This document shows positions 52,045 to 64,000 of a DNA stretch of 64,000 bases, one piece after another (within the stretch, counting starts at the first letter, position 1; each line of letters begins with the position of its first letter). The notes beneath the pieces were generated by a model that did not search any database, was not told the origin of the DNA, and was given only the letters and a program-made list of their open reading frames with translations. The translations under genes and the position numbers were made by a program. The DNA comes from Octopus sinensis (taxonomy: Eukaryota), in NCBI RefSeq assembly GCF_006345805.1, contig NC_043003.1, positions 76,322,001 through 76,386,000 on the forward strand, in the 5' to 3' direction.

Positions 52045-52863
52045 ATTTGGAAGTGGTCTAATGATTGGGACCTGTGTCTGAACGTGTCAAAGTGCTGTCA
52101 TCTGCCTGTCGGCTCTACTCCTGCAATTCAACTTGATTTCGAGCCGGGTCGTCTGCTGCTGGAGAGGACCGATCAGGTAAAGGACCTGGGTATCTTGGTG
52201 GATTCCTCCTTTTCGCCTTCGGCCCAGTGCGTCCATGCTGCCAGCAAAGCGCGCGGAATTCTGTTTTTGATTCGACGGTCATTCGGAATGCTCACAGCAG
52301 CCATATTCCTACCACTCTATGGCACGCTGGTGAGACCCATATTGGAGTATGGGATTCAAGCCTCTTCTCCTTATCTCCTCAAAGACATACATCATCTCGA
52401 AAGAGTCCAGAAGCTGGCTACCCGCATGGTTCATGGTCTCAAAAATTTGTCCTACGAAGAAAGGCTGAGGACGCTCGACCTTTATTCTCCTGAAAAACGC
52501 CGCCGCCGTGGTGATCTCATTCTCGCCCACAACATCATAAGCGGGAAGTGTAACCTCTCGAAAGAGCTGTTCTTCACTCCTGCTCCGGAGCGTCGGCTGC
52601 GGGGTCATTCCGAAAAGCTCTACCTGCGACGATTTCATCTCAATCGAAGGAGAGGAGCTTTCTCCGTCCGGGTTACGAATCCGTGGAACAAGCTGCCAGA
52701 CGAGATGGTGAAGATGCCGACGACCGCTTTGTTCAAAGCCTCCCTGGACCGCAAGTGTCCTGAACTCTTTACATGAACACCACCCTGTACTTAACTCCAT
52801 GTCCCCCTACATGGCCTTGCTATTTGCTTTTGAGCCAAATTAACTAACTAACTAACTAACTAA
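52045..52863 (+). mobile_element. 5'-truncated CR1-clade LINE with an open ORF2 C-terminus and (TAAC)n tail
   Basis: Uninterrupted frame to the stop at 52776: W..DWDL.LNVSKC...VKDLGILVD...LYGTLVRPILEYG...LERVQK.ATR...SYEERLR.LDLYS.EKRRRRGD...RGHS.KL...FS.RV.NPWN.LP. GC content changes sharply at the boundary. Confidence 0.95.
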
Positions 52864-53559
52864 GTTAGTCTGATAAATTTTCCAGTTACTGATATTCCTA
52901 TCTCAGCCGCGATTGTTAGTATTGTGACATGCTTCTTTCCTTGATACTCCTGCTGCTACTAGGAACCAGACTTAATCAGAAGGAAAAAACGAAAGGGCAC
53001 AATATGATTTTAGTGAAATAAAGCATGTGAATCTCCAGAATTATTATGGAAGGTTAATCGCATTAAATTTATTCCAATTTATTTTATCTTTTATTTCAGC
53101 CTAACTAAAATCTAAAATGATTGAATTCGGAGCAAATTTTGACAAAAACGTGAACACTTTCTTGCAATTATCCATTATGAAGTTGTCATATCACTTCCTT
53201 CTTTTTATTATATAAAAGAAAAGAAGATCTGGAAAGAAAAGGACAGCTGTTGAAAATTGTTTCTGGCTGAAACGTTTCTTTAATGCAGCTGGTGGTCAAT
53301 GTTACTGCAGCAAACTGGATGTAGAAATATAGAATAATGTTGTGAAAATCTATGGCCTAGAGTAATACGCGTGCTTGTACAGGCATGTGTATTATGGTAC
53401 ACATATATGCAGATCTCTTTCTCTCTCTCTCGTTTTCAATCTCTCCTTCTGTATCTGTGTATATATCTATATCATATATATAAAAATTATATTTATATAA
53501 TTTCACTACTCTCAACAACAAGGATTGTCTCCCTTTGATCTCTATTCGTGATTGACCCT

Positions 53560-54800
53560 GTTGTCGTGTGGATTCCAGGACGCGCAGAAAATTCTTGAAA
53601 TGTAAATAGAGTCCGAAGATTTCCGCCTGAAGTTAAGGATGTTCCTTCGGTCGATGGAGTCTATTAATACCCTCGTCCGTTTAGCTATGCACTATTTAAA
53701 ACGCGTGGTCCCATTTATGTAGGGGCCCCGAATGTCTTGGATCTTCCATGATATTACGCATGGAGTTCCGTCGTCTTTCAGCCACCATACATGGCTGGCT
53801 AAGGCCTTAGCATTTATTCTCTCCAGGATCCTGTAAGCGGATCTGTCGTTGGAGTGGCGCTGCTTGAATGTGTTACCGGAACATCCGATGTATCTCCGTA
53901 TGCAGTTGGAGATGCTGTTTCTGGTTATGCTCACACTGCTCCTACCGCTGTTGATTTGCTGGTATTGTTGCTTTTGGCGTCGTTAATGCTGGCGTTGGTA
54001 TTAGTACTGGCGCCGGTGCCGGTAATGCTGGTGTAAGGGACATCATCGGTGGTGGTGCTGCTATTGGTGCTGTTGATGCTATTACAGCCAATGTGGTTGG
54101 TGTTGGAGCTGTTATCGGCAATATAAGGATGATTGATTCTGTCGCTGTTGGTATTGTTACGAATAGCGACAGTACTGCTGCCATTTCTGTTCGGGTTGCA
54201 CCCGTTGCTGTTATTGTTGTCGCTGGTGATCTTGCTGCAGGTATTTCTGTTTGGGTTGCTACTGTTGCTATTGGCACTGTCATCCCTGCTACACATAGAC
54301 GACCCCCTTGGTTTCGCAATGCCCTCCCACTGGGCGACTGTTGTAGTCTCTGTATGAGCATCCGACCTCCTCTCGTGGACTAGCGGTATTAACTAGAATG
54401 CGCTTAATATTCGGGGCGCAGGTAAGAGAGATGCCTAAGTTGTATCTATTGAAAATGCGTCTGTACCTATACGAACTCGTTAAGTGTTTATCTACTAGGG
54501 AGCAGGGCGTAGTGAGGATAATGATAATTCTGAAGTACTTCCTTCAGTGGTTGTTAGAGTGCAGCATGTAAGAGATGCCGTCCCTAAACCCGCAGCAGCT
54601 AGTACTTCATTATAGTAGGAGGTCCCCTTCGCTAAAGGACACGTTCGTGATCCTCTTGCTGACACCTTTCACCGGGTTTTGAACATGGGTGTGTGGGTTT
54701 TAGGAGGCTGTGTTGATATATGTCAGCGTTTTATTTGGCATGCGGTAGAGCTTGTATGTACCGGAACCTAAGTCAAGTGTGACGTCTAACAAGTCTGCAG
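53560..54800 (-). mobile_element. Penelope-like element relic (thumb/linker and GIY-YIG with a large insert)
   Basis: VKGVSKRI.N.S.SE; LVDKH....YRRIFNRYN....CAPNIKRI; C..RD.N..PVGGHCETKGVVY; YIGCSGNTFKQRH...ALASHVW.LKD...ISWKI.D...Y.NGT. Confidence 0.85.
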
Positions 54801-55560
54801 TGTTGAGATTGGTCTGGATTGTAATTTTCCAACACAGGAATAAACAGAGGGAGAGAATAAAAAAGGTTTATGTACTTAATTGTTCTCATGACTTAGTGTT
54901 TGCTTCTTCCATGGGTATTAAGTAAGTGTTTTATTTATTCCTTTGCCGCATTTATCACTGATGGAGAGGTTCTTATGAATTAACTCTGAAATGAGGTCCG
55001 ATATGGTAATAACGAAATTTTTTTAGAAATTTATGTCGGCTTTCTGCGAGACACGTACTTATAGTGATAAATTATATGGTTATTGACGAAGTGTCTATTT
55101 TCGGCATATTTGGCACTAGAATTTTTTTTCTTTTGCCCTTGTTTATAAATTTAACCCTTAATGGTATTTTTTAATATGCTGGCTATAGATAGAATTTTTT
55201 TCGAAAAATGTTATCCTATATTAGATGTATATATCTATATATTCACGAATATAGTGACAGTGAAGATTTATAAAACTTTCCGAAAATTCTCCATCTGAGA
55301 TTCTTGGTGAATGCATCGAGAGTTCAATCAACACACAAACACAACCACATATTTACAAATACCGTGAACGCTCTTAACTCAAAAGCTTGTGTCGTTTTGT
55401 GAGCAACCGGCTTGAACTCTCTCAACAACTCCATTAAACTCAAAGAAAATTATACATACATGCATACATATACGCATGCATACACGTATACATACATACA
55501 AATACACATGCATACATACATACATACATACATACATACATACATACATACATACATACA

Positions 55561-55593
<33 letters not shown>

Positions 55594-56266
55594 GTGTCCT
55601 GCGAATAATGTTCCATTTAGAATTGCTACAATCCATCAATTCAGATGTTTCAAGATCTCCTTCAGAGAACCCTACAGAACCACGAATCAAAAGATATGCA
55701 ACTCTATATATCGTCTACGGCCACTTTCCTGAAAATATAGGGTCCGATTTCAGAAATCTTCAACCACAAATTTTTGTCTTGGCACACAAATACCCACACA
55801 GAAATACATGCATCAGTGAATATGTATATTTCTGTGTGTATATAGATATATTAAGTCACAATATAAGGATTCAATTAACCCGGTACTACTCATAAAAAAT
55901 GTTCCTTAATGTTTGAGTCTACAAAACATAGAGTACATAGTAAGACACAAGAGAAAACGATATGAAGGGTATATAGGCATACATGACAGAAAAATATTTT
56001 GATGAAATACTATTTAACAATAAGAAAATTAATTCTAATATCACATTAATGCAAGAATGTAAGTATTTATTTATTATGAAATATAATAATATAAATTATT
56101 AATATGTTTTTTAAGTTACGAAAGAATTTGTCGTGATATTAGAATTTTCTTATTGCTAGATAAATTTCATCAATCTATCTCTGACATTTATGATTTTATA
56201 TACATTCATACATACATAGATACATATACACATATATGTGCGTGTGTGTATATAAATATTTATACA

Positions 56267-56297
<31 letters not shown>

Positions 56298-56810
56298 GTA
56301 ATAATATAAATAATATATAAATATCTGCATATATACATACATATATGTACATACCTTAATATTTATGTATATATACATGCATATATGGGTACAGGACATA
56401 AAAAAACGTTGAACACAAGGAGAAACGAAAACATAATAACAAAAACGACCATTTTTCCAAACAACGAAAAAAACAGAGTACAAGACATACAATGCAAGAA
56501 ATATTCCTCTTCCTCAGTTGTCCCCGTTTCATCTAATCCTCGAAGGTAAGGACAAGATGCGATTTCATTGAAACATTCCTTCCCGCAAAGAAAATTAAAT
56601 AAAGTTTGGTATTTTTTGCGTAGGGTAAAAATGGTAAAATGAATAGGACAGTAAAAGCAAAACATTAAAAACAGTAAAAGACAGAACAATGAGAATAAAA
56701 CAGTAAAAACAAACGATGAGGGATGCTAAGCCAGGATGATGGAAAAATTATGCTTCTGAACGTTTAAGGAGACAGCTTATCAAAGAGACAGGATAAACAG
56801 GTCTGGTCTC

Positions 56811-56860
<50 letters not shown>

Positions 56861-56862
<2 letters not shown>

Positions 56863-57720
56863 CTTCTGTTTACTCTTACTGGTTTCAGCCTAACGCTGAG
56901 GCCATGCTGGAGCACCGCCTTGTTTTGTTTTGCGGTACTGTTTTTGGTGAAGAAGCATGTTGGACGATACTGCTCTTCTTTGTGCCTCATGCCTCGATCG
57001 ATGTGGTCCTATCTGGGATTTCAGAGAGAAATTTGTCCGTGTGATTTTTGAATACTTCCATATCTACTGCTTGAAGATTTCGTAGGTTCCTTGGCAGGAT
57101 GTTAAACAGTAGTGGTCCTTTGAAACTCAAGCTGTTGCAATGCTGGGGCCTTATCTGAGGTGAAGACGATAGCTTTGGCTGTATGCAGTGCCGTCCAGTT
57201 CACTGGTTGGTAGAGCTTTTAATTCCAAAGTTGAGAGTTAGACCAGCGGGGATCTTCCATATGTATATCACTGCATACTTTTCTCACCCTCTCTCTGGGG
57301 AGTAGAGCTTCTGATCTCGTAGCCGCTCACAGTTGTTCATCTGATTGATCGAGCCAATCTTCTTTATGTAGTGGCGCTGGATTGACTCCAGTTCCGCCAC
57401 CAGTTAGACGCTCCGCAGCGACCATATTTGGGAGCAGTAATCCAGGCAACTGAGCACAAATATCCTCCATAGGAATAGCAAGGAAACCTTATTTCTTGTT
57501 CTCTAGGCTCACCCACTTGCCACTTTCGCAGTGAAAAGGTAATGACAATCTGGAATTGCTAATTCAATACTACGGCTATCCTCTTGGGGTCTGAGTTAGC
57601 AAGCCTTCCGTCTTCTTCAATCAGTGGCCCTATCTGGTAGTGCACTGAGACAGACTCTTCCACGATCTCATAGAAGGCTTTGGAATTTAGTTTTATATTT
57701 TTCACTGCCCTGATTTCTGT
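56861..57720 (-). mobile_element. Degenerate, internally deleted CR1 LINE with its 3' tail
   Basis: The minus strand reads NSKAFY..IGPLIEEDG...D.KRIA.VLN, then jumps to LDYCSQIWS...ELESIQR...LYSPER...IYIWKI...NSLSFKGPLLFNILP.NLRN...FK...DKFL.EIPD. The tail is ggcggtgctccagcatggcc-tcagc-gttag-gctga-aaccagtaagag. Confidence 0.85.
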
Positions 57721-58643
57721 TTCTATTCTTTGCTTTTCATGGAAGAGTCTGAGTATATTTTCGATCTTTAAAAGTTTCTCTTCTAGGAGTGATTTTTCGC
57801 TGTGAATTTTTTTTTAATGTAAGGGATTGGAGATCTTTATTCTCTTTCACTAATTTGAAAAAGCATAAAATATTTGTTGAATAAATGCAGAAATCTATGC
57901 GCATATTATCTTTTCGCCGTTTTTCTGATGGAAGCACAATGTCAACTTACTTCCCTTTTCCTATGTAAGTGTTACATAACAACGTAAAATTATATACATC
58001 ATAAGTATTGCGAATTGACAGTAACTTAATCTAAGCATCTAAAACTATTCATCAGCTCTTACTAGAAAAGAATTGTCTTTGTGGCATATTTATCAGAATA
58101 AAATTTAAATATTACACCGAAGAGGATGCAACTGATCGTGTTGCCTCCCTTGCACAGGCGTTTTGTGTCGTCTGCTACTGCTTGTCGTCTCGTGCTAATT
58201 CCAACAATAAAAGTCTGAAGCCTATGATGTCATGTAGTTTATATTAAATTTACAGAACATTAGAAGAACGATCTTATGAAAATTAAGTAATATAGTTTCA
58301 ATTTTGTTTCTATAATCTTTAAGGGAAGCATTTTTTTCTCTTTTCTAACTTTTCTTTTTACAAAGAAAATATTTCCCTCGGCGTTCACTATTTCCACTTC
58401 GTTCAAGTCTAACGACTTTCCTTGTTTGTTTTCGTTCGGTTTCCCTGTATGTCTCTCCACTGTCCTGCTTTTGTTCCTAACTTTGACGCTTCAGAAAATC
58501 CACAACTTTATTTTGGTATTTCAAGGAGCAATTGGTGCTGATTGCTCGAAATGGGGGTGGGGTGGATAAACAGCCGACAGCTGGTAAAAGGTCATTCTTT
58601 GTATTGCATGTCATTTTTTCCCTCGATTTTTGCGTATTTAACT

Positions 58644-59300
58644 AACGATTTTTATATATAACAACATAGCTCAAACATTTAATCATATATAGATAGCACC
58701 ATGGTTCTTAAACTCAGAAAAAATACATATACATAAAAACACAGATGGTAAAATTATATATTCGTATAAAATAAAATAAAATACAAATAGTACAGCCTAT
58801 CAAAAAGTAAATAAAAACGACTAAAAATTCGTAAACCACCAAAAAACTAATAGACAAAGATAAAATAAAAGTCCATCGACTAATAAAGTTTTATCAAACG
58901 ATTAAAATTTTTTTTTTTAACTTCGAAAAAATTTATTTTATTCCCCTCACACAAGTACTTCCAAAGTTCATAAATAAACAGACTTCCACAGGTCAAATTC
59001 ACATACATCAATGGCCATTTCGGAAGCTTTCCACCGCGGTTCAATTACACTAAAGTACATCACGGAGATGACCCCCTTCATCAGGAGGAACATGTCTATT
59101 AGCTTTTGTTAGTTTACGAATTTTTAGTCGTTTATATTTACTTTTTTGGTAGGTCATTCTATTTGTATTTCAATTTATTTTATTCGAGTATATATATTTA
59201 CCTTCTGTGCTTTTATGTATACATATTTTTATGACCTTAAGAATCATGGTGATATTTATATGTGATTAAATGTTTGAGGTATGTTATATATAAAGTCGTT
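58644..59300. repeat. Inverted repeat: arms 58644-58856 and 59093-59300 around a ~236-bp spacer
   Basis: The arms align in reverse complement throughout (e.g. aacgactaaaaattcgtaaac / gtttacgaatttttagtcgtt), roughly 80% identical by eye. Confidence 0.85.
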
Positions 59301-59420
59301 GACTCAAATCCATTGTTTGTTCTATAACCAATGTTTCTTTATCTTCGTCTCATTACATTGACCAATGTAAAAAGAGACAAATATTATCTCTTGGTGTGTG
59401 TATATATATACATATATATA

Positions 59421-60504
59421 TAGTTTTTCTAATGCTCGTTGCTTAGTTTTTCCTGGAGGGCTGGCCGGTTCTAGTAATCTCAAGATTAATCAGCCGAAAT
59501 TACTACGATGATCCGATTCTTGACTGAAGACTGAGGGCTTCGAATGTCCTGTCTGTGTTTGTTGTATCGTCTTCTAAGTTTTTATGCGTTCTTGTCTCAG
59601 TTTGTATTTTTGTACATATCATAATATATATTCCTGGCGTCACGTACCCTCCTTAACACTTATGTGTGCACATATTCTTGTAAATTTGGTACGACTCTAC
59701 ACTTTGTTTGTTTGTCTCTCTCTCTCTTACAATTACTTCGCATTCTACGTTGATCTGTCCCCTTCTCTCTCTTTTCTCTCTACTCATCCATCTTTTTCTC
59801 TTCTTTTGCCTCTGATTCTTTGGTCTACTCTTCCCCTACCCTTCCATTTCTTTGTCTTCCTTTGCACTCACAGGTCAATCTTTTACACCCATCCCTTCTA
59901 CCCTCTCTAATTCCTTCTTTCTCTCTATTCTCCCCCCTTGTTGCTTTCGTCCCTCTTCTCTCTCTCTTCCTTCTTTTCTCTCTTCTCTGTCACGTGACTG
60001 CTGGCCGAAATCTGCCTTTCGGCCTCTGACCAGCGCCGTGATAACATCGTTGTCCTCGTTCGCCGCTAAGGCAATTCGCCGCTAAGGCAATTTTTCCAAA
60101 ATACGCCAGCCAGACCTGTTTGCACTGTTATTAGTCGTAAGACACTTGCTGTTTTTATCATTATTGCTTTTGTATTCCACATTTTTGTATTTCATTATTG
60201 TTTTTTGTTTTTGATATTCGTGTGGCACCGTCCGTTTTGCTGTCTTTGTGTTCGTATGCATTCGATCCTTCTTCCAGGAAATCTACGCTCCTAGCTTAGT
60301 TTTTCTAATGCTCGTTGCTTAGTTTTTCCTGGAGGGCTGGCCGGTTCTAGTAATCTCAAGATTAATCAGCCGAAATTACTACGATGATCCGGTTCTTGAC
60401 TGAAGACTGAGGGCTTCGAATGTCCTGTCTGTGTTTGTTGTATCGTCTTCTAAGTTTTTATGCGTTCTTGTCTCAGTTTGTATTTTTCTACATATCATTA
60501 TATA
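59421..60504. mobile_element. Non-coding element bounded by ~205-bp near-identical direct repeats, in (TA)n
   Basis: Repeats 59421-59628 and 60297-60504 differ at about three positions I can see. The ~670-bp interior has no ORF of note. Confidence 0.75.
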
Positions 60505-60551
60505 TATATATACATATATACATATATACACATATATATATATATATATAA

Positions 60552-60691
<140 letters not shown>

Positions 60692-61863
60692 TGTTTCTTA
60701 CTTGCTCTTGAACTGTACAATCGTGATTATTTGATTATTTCAGCTGCTTGGCACCAAATATACCACAAAATCATATGTGTGTCTCGCTTGTTTAAAATCT
60801 TTGAATTCTTTACATTTGTGGTTATTATGTGCCGTAAGCACTCAATGTTCCATTGACAATTATTCATAAGTACACAATTTTTCTATTAAGAAATAAACAC
60901 GAATATACACAACATTTTAAAAGGATCTTTTCTATTTTGCTGCCACTTTTCGATTTCTTCAATTTTCTTCCATTTCATTTCAAATTTGATGTATTTGTGT
61001 ACTTCTGTATGCCTATTATTGAAATAAAATACATTTTCGCCATAAACCAATTAAATAAACAGTTAAAAGCTTTTTAGTTTAAAGATTGTGGGTAAATTTA
61101 GCCAATCGAAATCCACATACACATTGGTGCCTTTTTCCATAGTTTCAATACAGATTTGTTGCTGTATTTGGATATTATACGTTGCATCTTCGGATATTTT
61201 ATCTTGTGTGCGTTGTCTTTATTTTCTCTGCTCCAACAAACATTTTAATAAATACTATGACCGCGGCCAGCTCATGTAACATTTCATATATCAGGGAGAC
61301 ACTAGAAACAGGGTAGGATGCTGTTTCTTATTTGCAAAAGAAGGTTTCCATCTCTGGAAGAAAATTATGCAAGATAAAGAGCATTTATATGAACAAAAAT
61401 ATTCGAGATGAGAATATTTAATGGCAGTTCTCCCGCGAAGACCGCAAAAACTACAAAACAGGTGCTGTTCTCTCGTTTTAAGGTCATTTTCCGCTTATTA
61501 AACTTTTAAAACAGATTATATTGTCGCAATGTTTACATTATTCTCTTTTCATCTTACGATTGCAGTCACCCACAAAATTATCAAACTTTAAATCTCTGTA
61601 ACTTTTTGTATTTTTTTTTCTGTTACAAGTGAATTTGACTGGTATTCTGCATGAAAAACTACTGAATTTTGAAACTTCTCATTCAATTTCAAAATTTCAC
61701 AAAAGGCAGCCAAAAAGAAAAACATTCTTTTAACAACAGACTTTGCAATATTGTAGTGTACATAATATCCTTTTCGATGATTCTAATACAACATTCCACG
61801 AAACGTATATTTTGTTTACAATTTGAAGATGTTATTTTCTGTTGTCACCCATATTTCCTTTTT

Positions 61864-62365
61864 GGCGGAATTCTGGTTTAAACACCCCTCCTCGTAATTT
61901 TTTTTCATTTCGGGGAATTTTCAGAAATATTTTGCTCATTTGTGTTCTACGCACAGGAATTCATACGGTAATATTTTTCTTTTAAATTTTTAAACCTCAC
62001 CTTTACCATAAATCCTAAAAGTGCCACTCTTTTTCGAATTTTGTTTTTTAATCAGAGTTTAAAATACGGCCTGTCCCGATTCTTTGATTATATCCCAGCA
62101 ATGGACAAAATTTGGGTGCATCATCATTTCAGTAAATGTGTTTATGAGGAGAAAAATAATTAAAAAAACCCATCAATATATAGTGATCGTGAGTAGTGCT
62201 AAAAATAAAGCTAAAGCGCTCTTAAATCATACACAAAAAATGCGTTTTTCATAATCGTTTAACTTACCGTGTGTCGAACACAAATTCGCGAAAATTTTCT
62301 GAAAATTCCAAAAAATAAAAAACGTTATGAAGGGTGATCTAGGGTGCTTAAACCAGAAATCCGCC
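61864..62365. mobile_element. MITE / non-autonomous DNA transposon
   Basis: Left end ggcggaattctggtttaaacaccc...ggaattttcagaaa and right end tttctgaaaattcc...gggtgcttaaaccagaaatccgcc form imperfect ~70-bp TIRs. Confidence 0.75.
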
Positions 62366-62369
62366 TCCT

Positions 62370-63800
62370 GTTTTCCGGGGGTGAAGGTTGGCACAAACTA
62401 AGGAAAATCAACTTCAAAACCTTTATCCATTTCGGTATGATTACAAACCCAACATTTTACTCCCAAACAGATAAAGCACTAGAAGTTATTCACATGAACA
62501 TCAACAGTGGAAAAGCAAAGAAACGCCACAATGCCGACACAACATGCCCACAATAACTGCAGCTAGTCTGACCCGTCATTCCCATTGACTAATGCTTCAT
62601 TCTCTCTCAATATGAGAACCTCTATGCCTCATGTATAAATCTCATTGCCGAAAGAGTCGTTCACATTTTTAGTAACCGCCAAGAGAGACAAATTCAAAAC
62701 AAACTGAAGTAAATTACTATTTCATATCGTGCCATAATTAACCGCGTGGATAAACTCGCTCCAGTATTTTCATCAATCACTGCCACGATCAGCAGCAACA
62801 ACAACAATTACAACTACCGCAGTAGTTACATCAGTCACAATGACGCCCGCCGCGACAAAATCCTTTCAGCCACCATACCACGAAAGTCTCACCACCAACA
62901 TCATCGACATTGTCATTACTGCTCCATACTACTACTACTACTACTGCTACTACTACTACTACCACCACCACCACCACCACCACCACCACTACTACTACTA
63001 CTATACTACTACTACTACTACTACTACTACTAATACTACTACTACTAATACTCATTCTTCTTCGTCTACTTCTTCTTCCACTGTTATAGCTTCTCTCAGT
63101 GACATTACCTGCTCCTCTCTACCTCTACTTTTGACCAATCTCAACTACCCCTTTCTCCCTCCCCTACCACAAGTGCCTGAACGTCAACAGTACCAATCTC
63201 AACTATCTCTATGACTACAGTTACCAGTGTCCAACCACACTTTCCTGCTCATTCTCCAACCTCCACACCCCCAATGTCATCAAAGTTAAAGATATCTAAA
63301 CCCAAAGCATTTTTACAACCTACTGCCCCTTAAGACTCCTACACGTCTGTAACGAAATCCTAACATATGCCACCATTCTTTACATCAGTGGCTATGCACA
63401 TACTGTGACTGCAATTTCACTCATCTACCAGTGATGAGGCGTTCATTTAATAAAAGCTATACCAACAATAGCATCCCTGCTACAACAGAGCCAACACCAA
63501 AATACAAATCTACCGCTATTTCCCAACGCTGGGGATTATATCAACAGCACGGTTGTATATTCACGTATGACCTCGGCACTCGACAGAACACCAAAAGCAA
63601 CACTTCCTGTCAACTGAAGAAAATTCAGATGGAATACTAAACGGTAAACATCCGACAAAACCGTCAGTAATCACAGCTTCAATGATCAGGTTCTCCCTAA
63701 CCAGGTAAAATCTGTTTTTATCCACGCGGAACCTAGCAACATACCTTCAGAAAAATATTTGGGCTTCAGTTGAAATGTTTAGGCCATATTTTGTCTTCTG
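62370..63800 (+). mobile_element. Possible decayed N-terminal region of a Penelope-like element
   Basis: Strongly A/C-skewed strand with microsatellite expansions and weak peptide traces (KTVSNHS...LPNQVKSV). No diagnostic motif. Confidence 0.25.
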
Positions 63801-64000
63801 AAGGGAAATTAACAATAGTTATCACGAAGAAAATATTCTCAATTATATTAAGTGAATTAAAAACACCATATCTGTACAATGTCTCATTTCAGCGGACTCG
63901 CAGACGGGTTTCTGGCTCCCTCTTCAGTCGGAGATATGAGGTTAGACCACTCTAGGGTGATTGTGAATCCGTAGCTTTATTTTAGAACAGTTCGTATCAG

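Noticed and set aside
53931-54383. Mucin-like host gene
   Set aside because: It lies between the GIY and YIG motifs of a Penelope relic and is better explained as part of that element.
59524-59550. Functional hammerhead in the direct repeats
   Set aside because: GAAA is GAAT, and stems I and II cannot be formed convincingly.
60900-61260. Protein-like minus-strand stretches (HTEVHKYIKFEMKWKKIEEIEKW; WSRENKDNAHKIKYPKM)
   Set aside because: Broken by stops and matching no family I recognise; possibly an old TE.

Overview
AT-rich, microsatellite-dense eukaryotic DNA. The SINE families look like those I recall from octopod cephalopods (Octopus); this is recognition from memory, not a database match. 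I found no confident host protein-coding gene, and most ORFs in the supplied track are translated simple repeats or transposon relics. The window is a layered TE landscape. It has three tRNA-derived SINE families, one forming a 2.8-kb tandem array with a ~615-bp higher-order repeat. It also has two CR1 LINE fragments (one still open-frame), an RTE LINE with a 5' inversion, two identical R4/Dong-like 3' ends inside a (TAA)n array, and at least three Penelope-like elements with hammerhead-ribozyme-like relics. DNA-transposon remains include several Tc1/mariner relics (Tc1, DD37D-like, DD41D-like), a MITE and a probable Helentron-associated element. An unexplained ~850-bp non-coding block occurs three times plus a partial copy, one of them inverted, and keeps a splice-donor-like motif in every copy.
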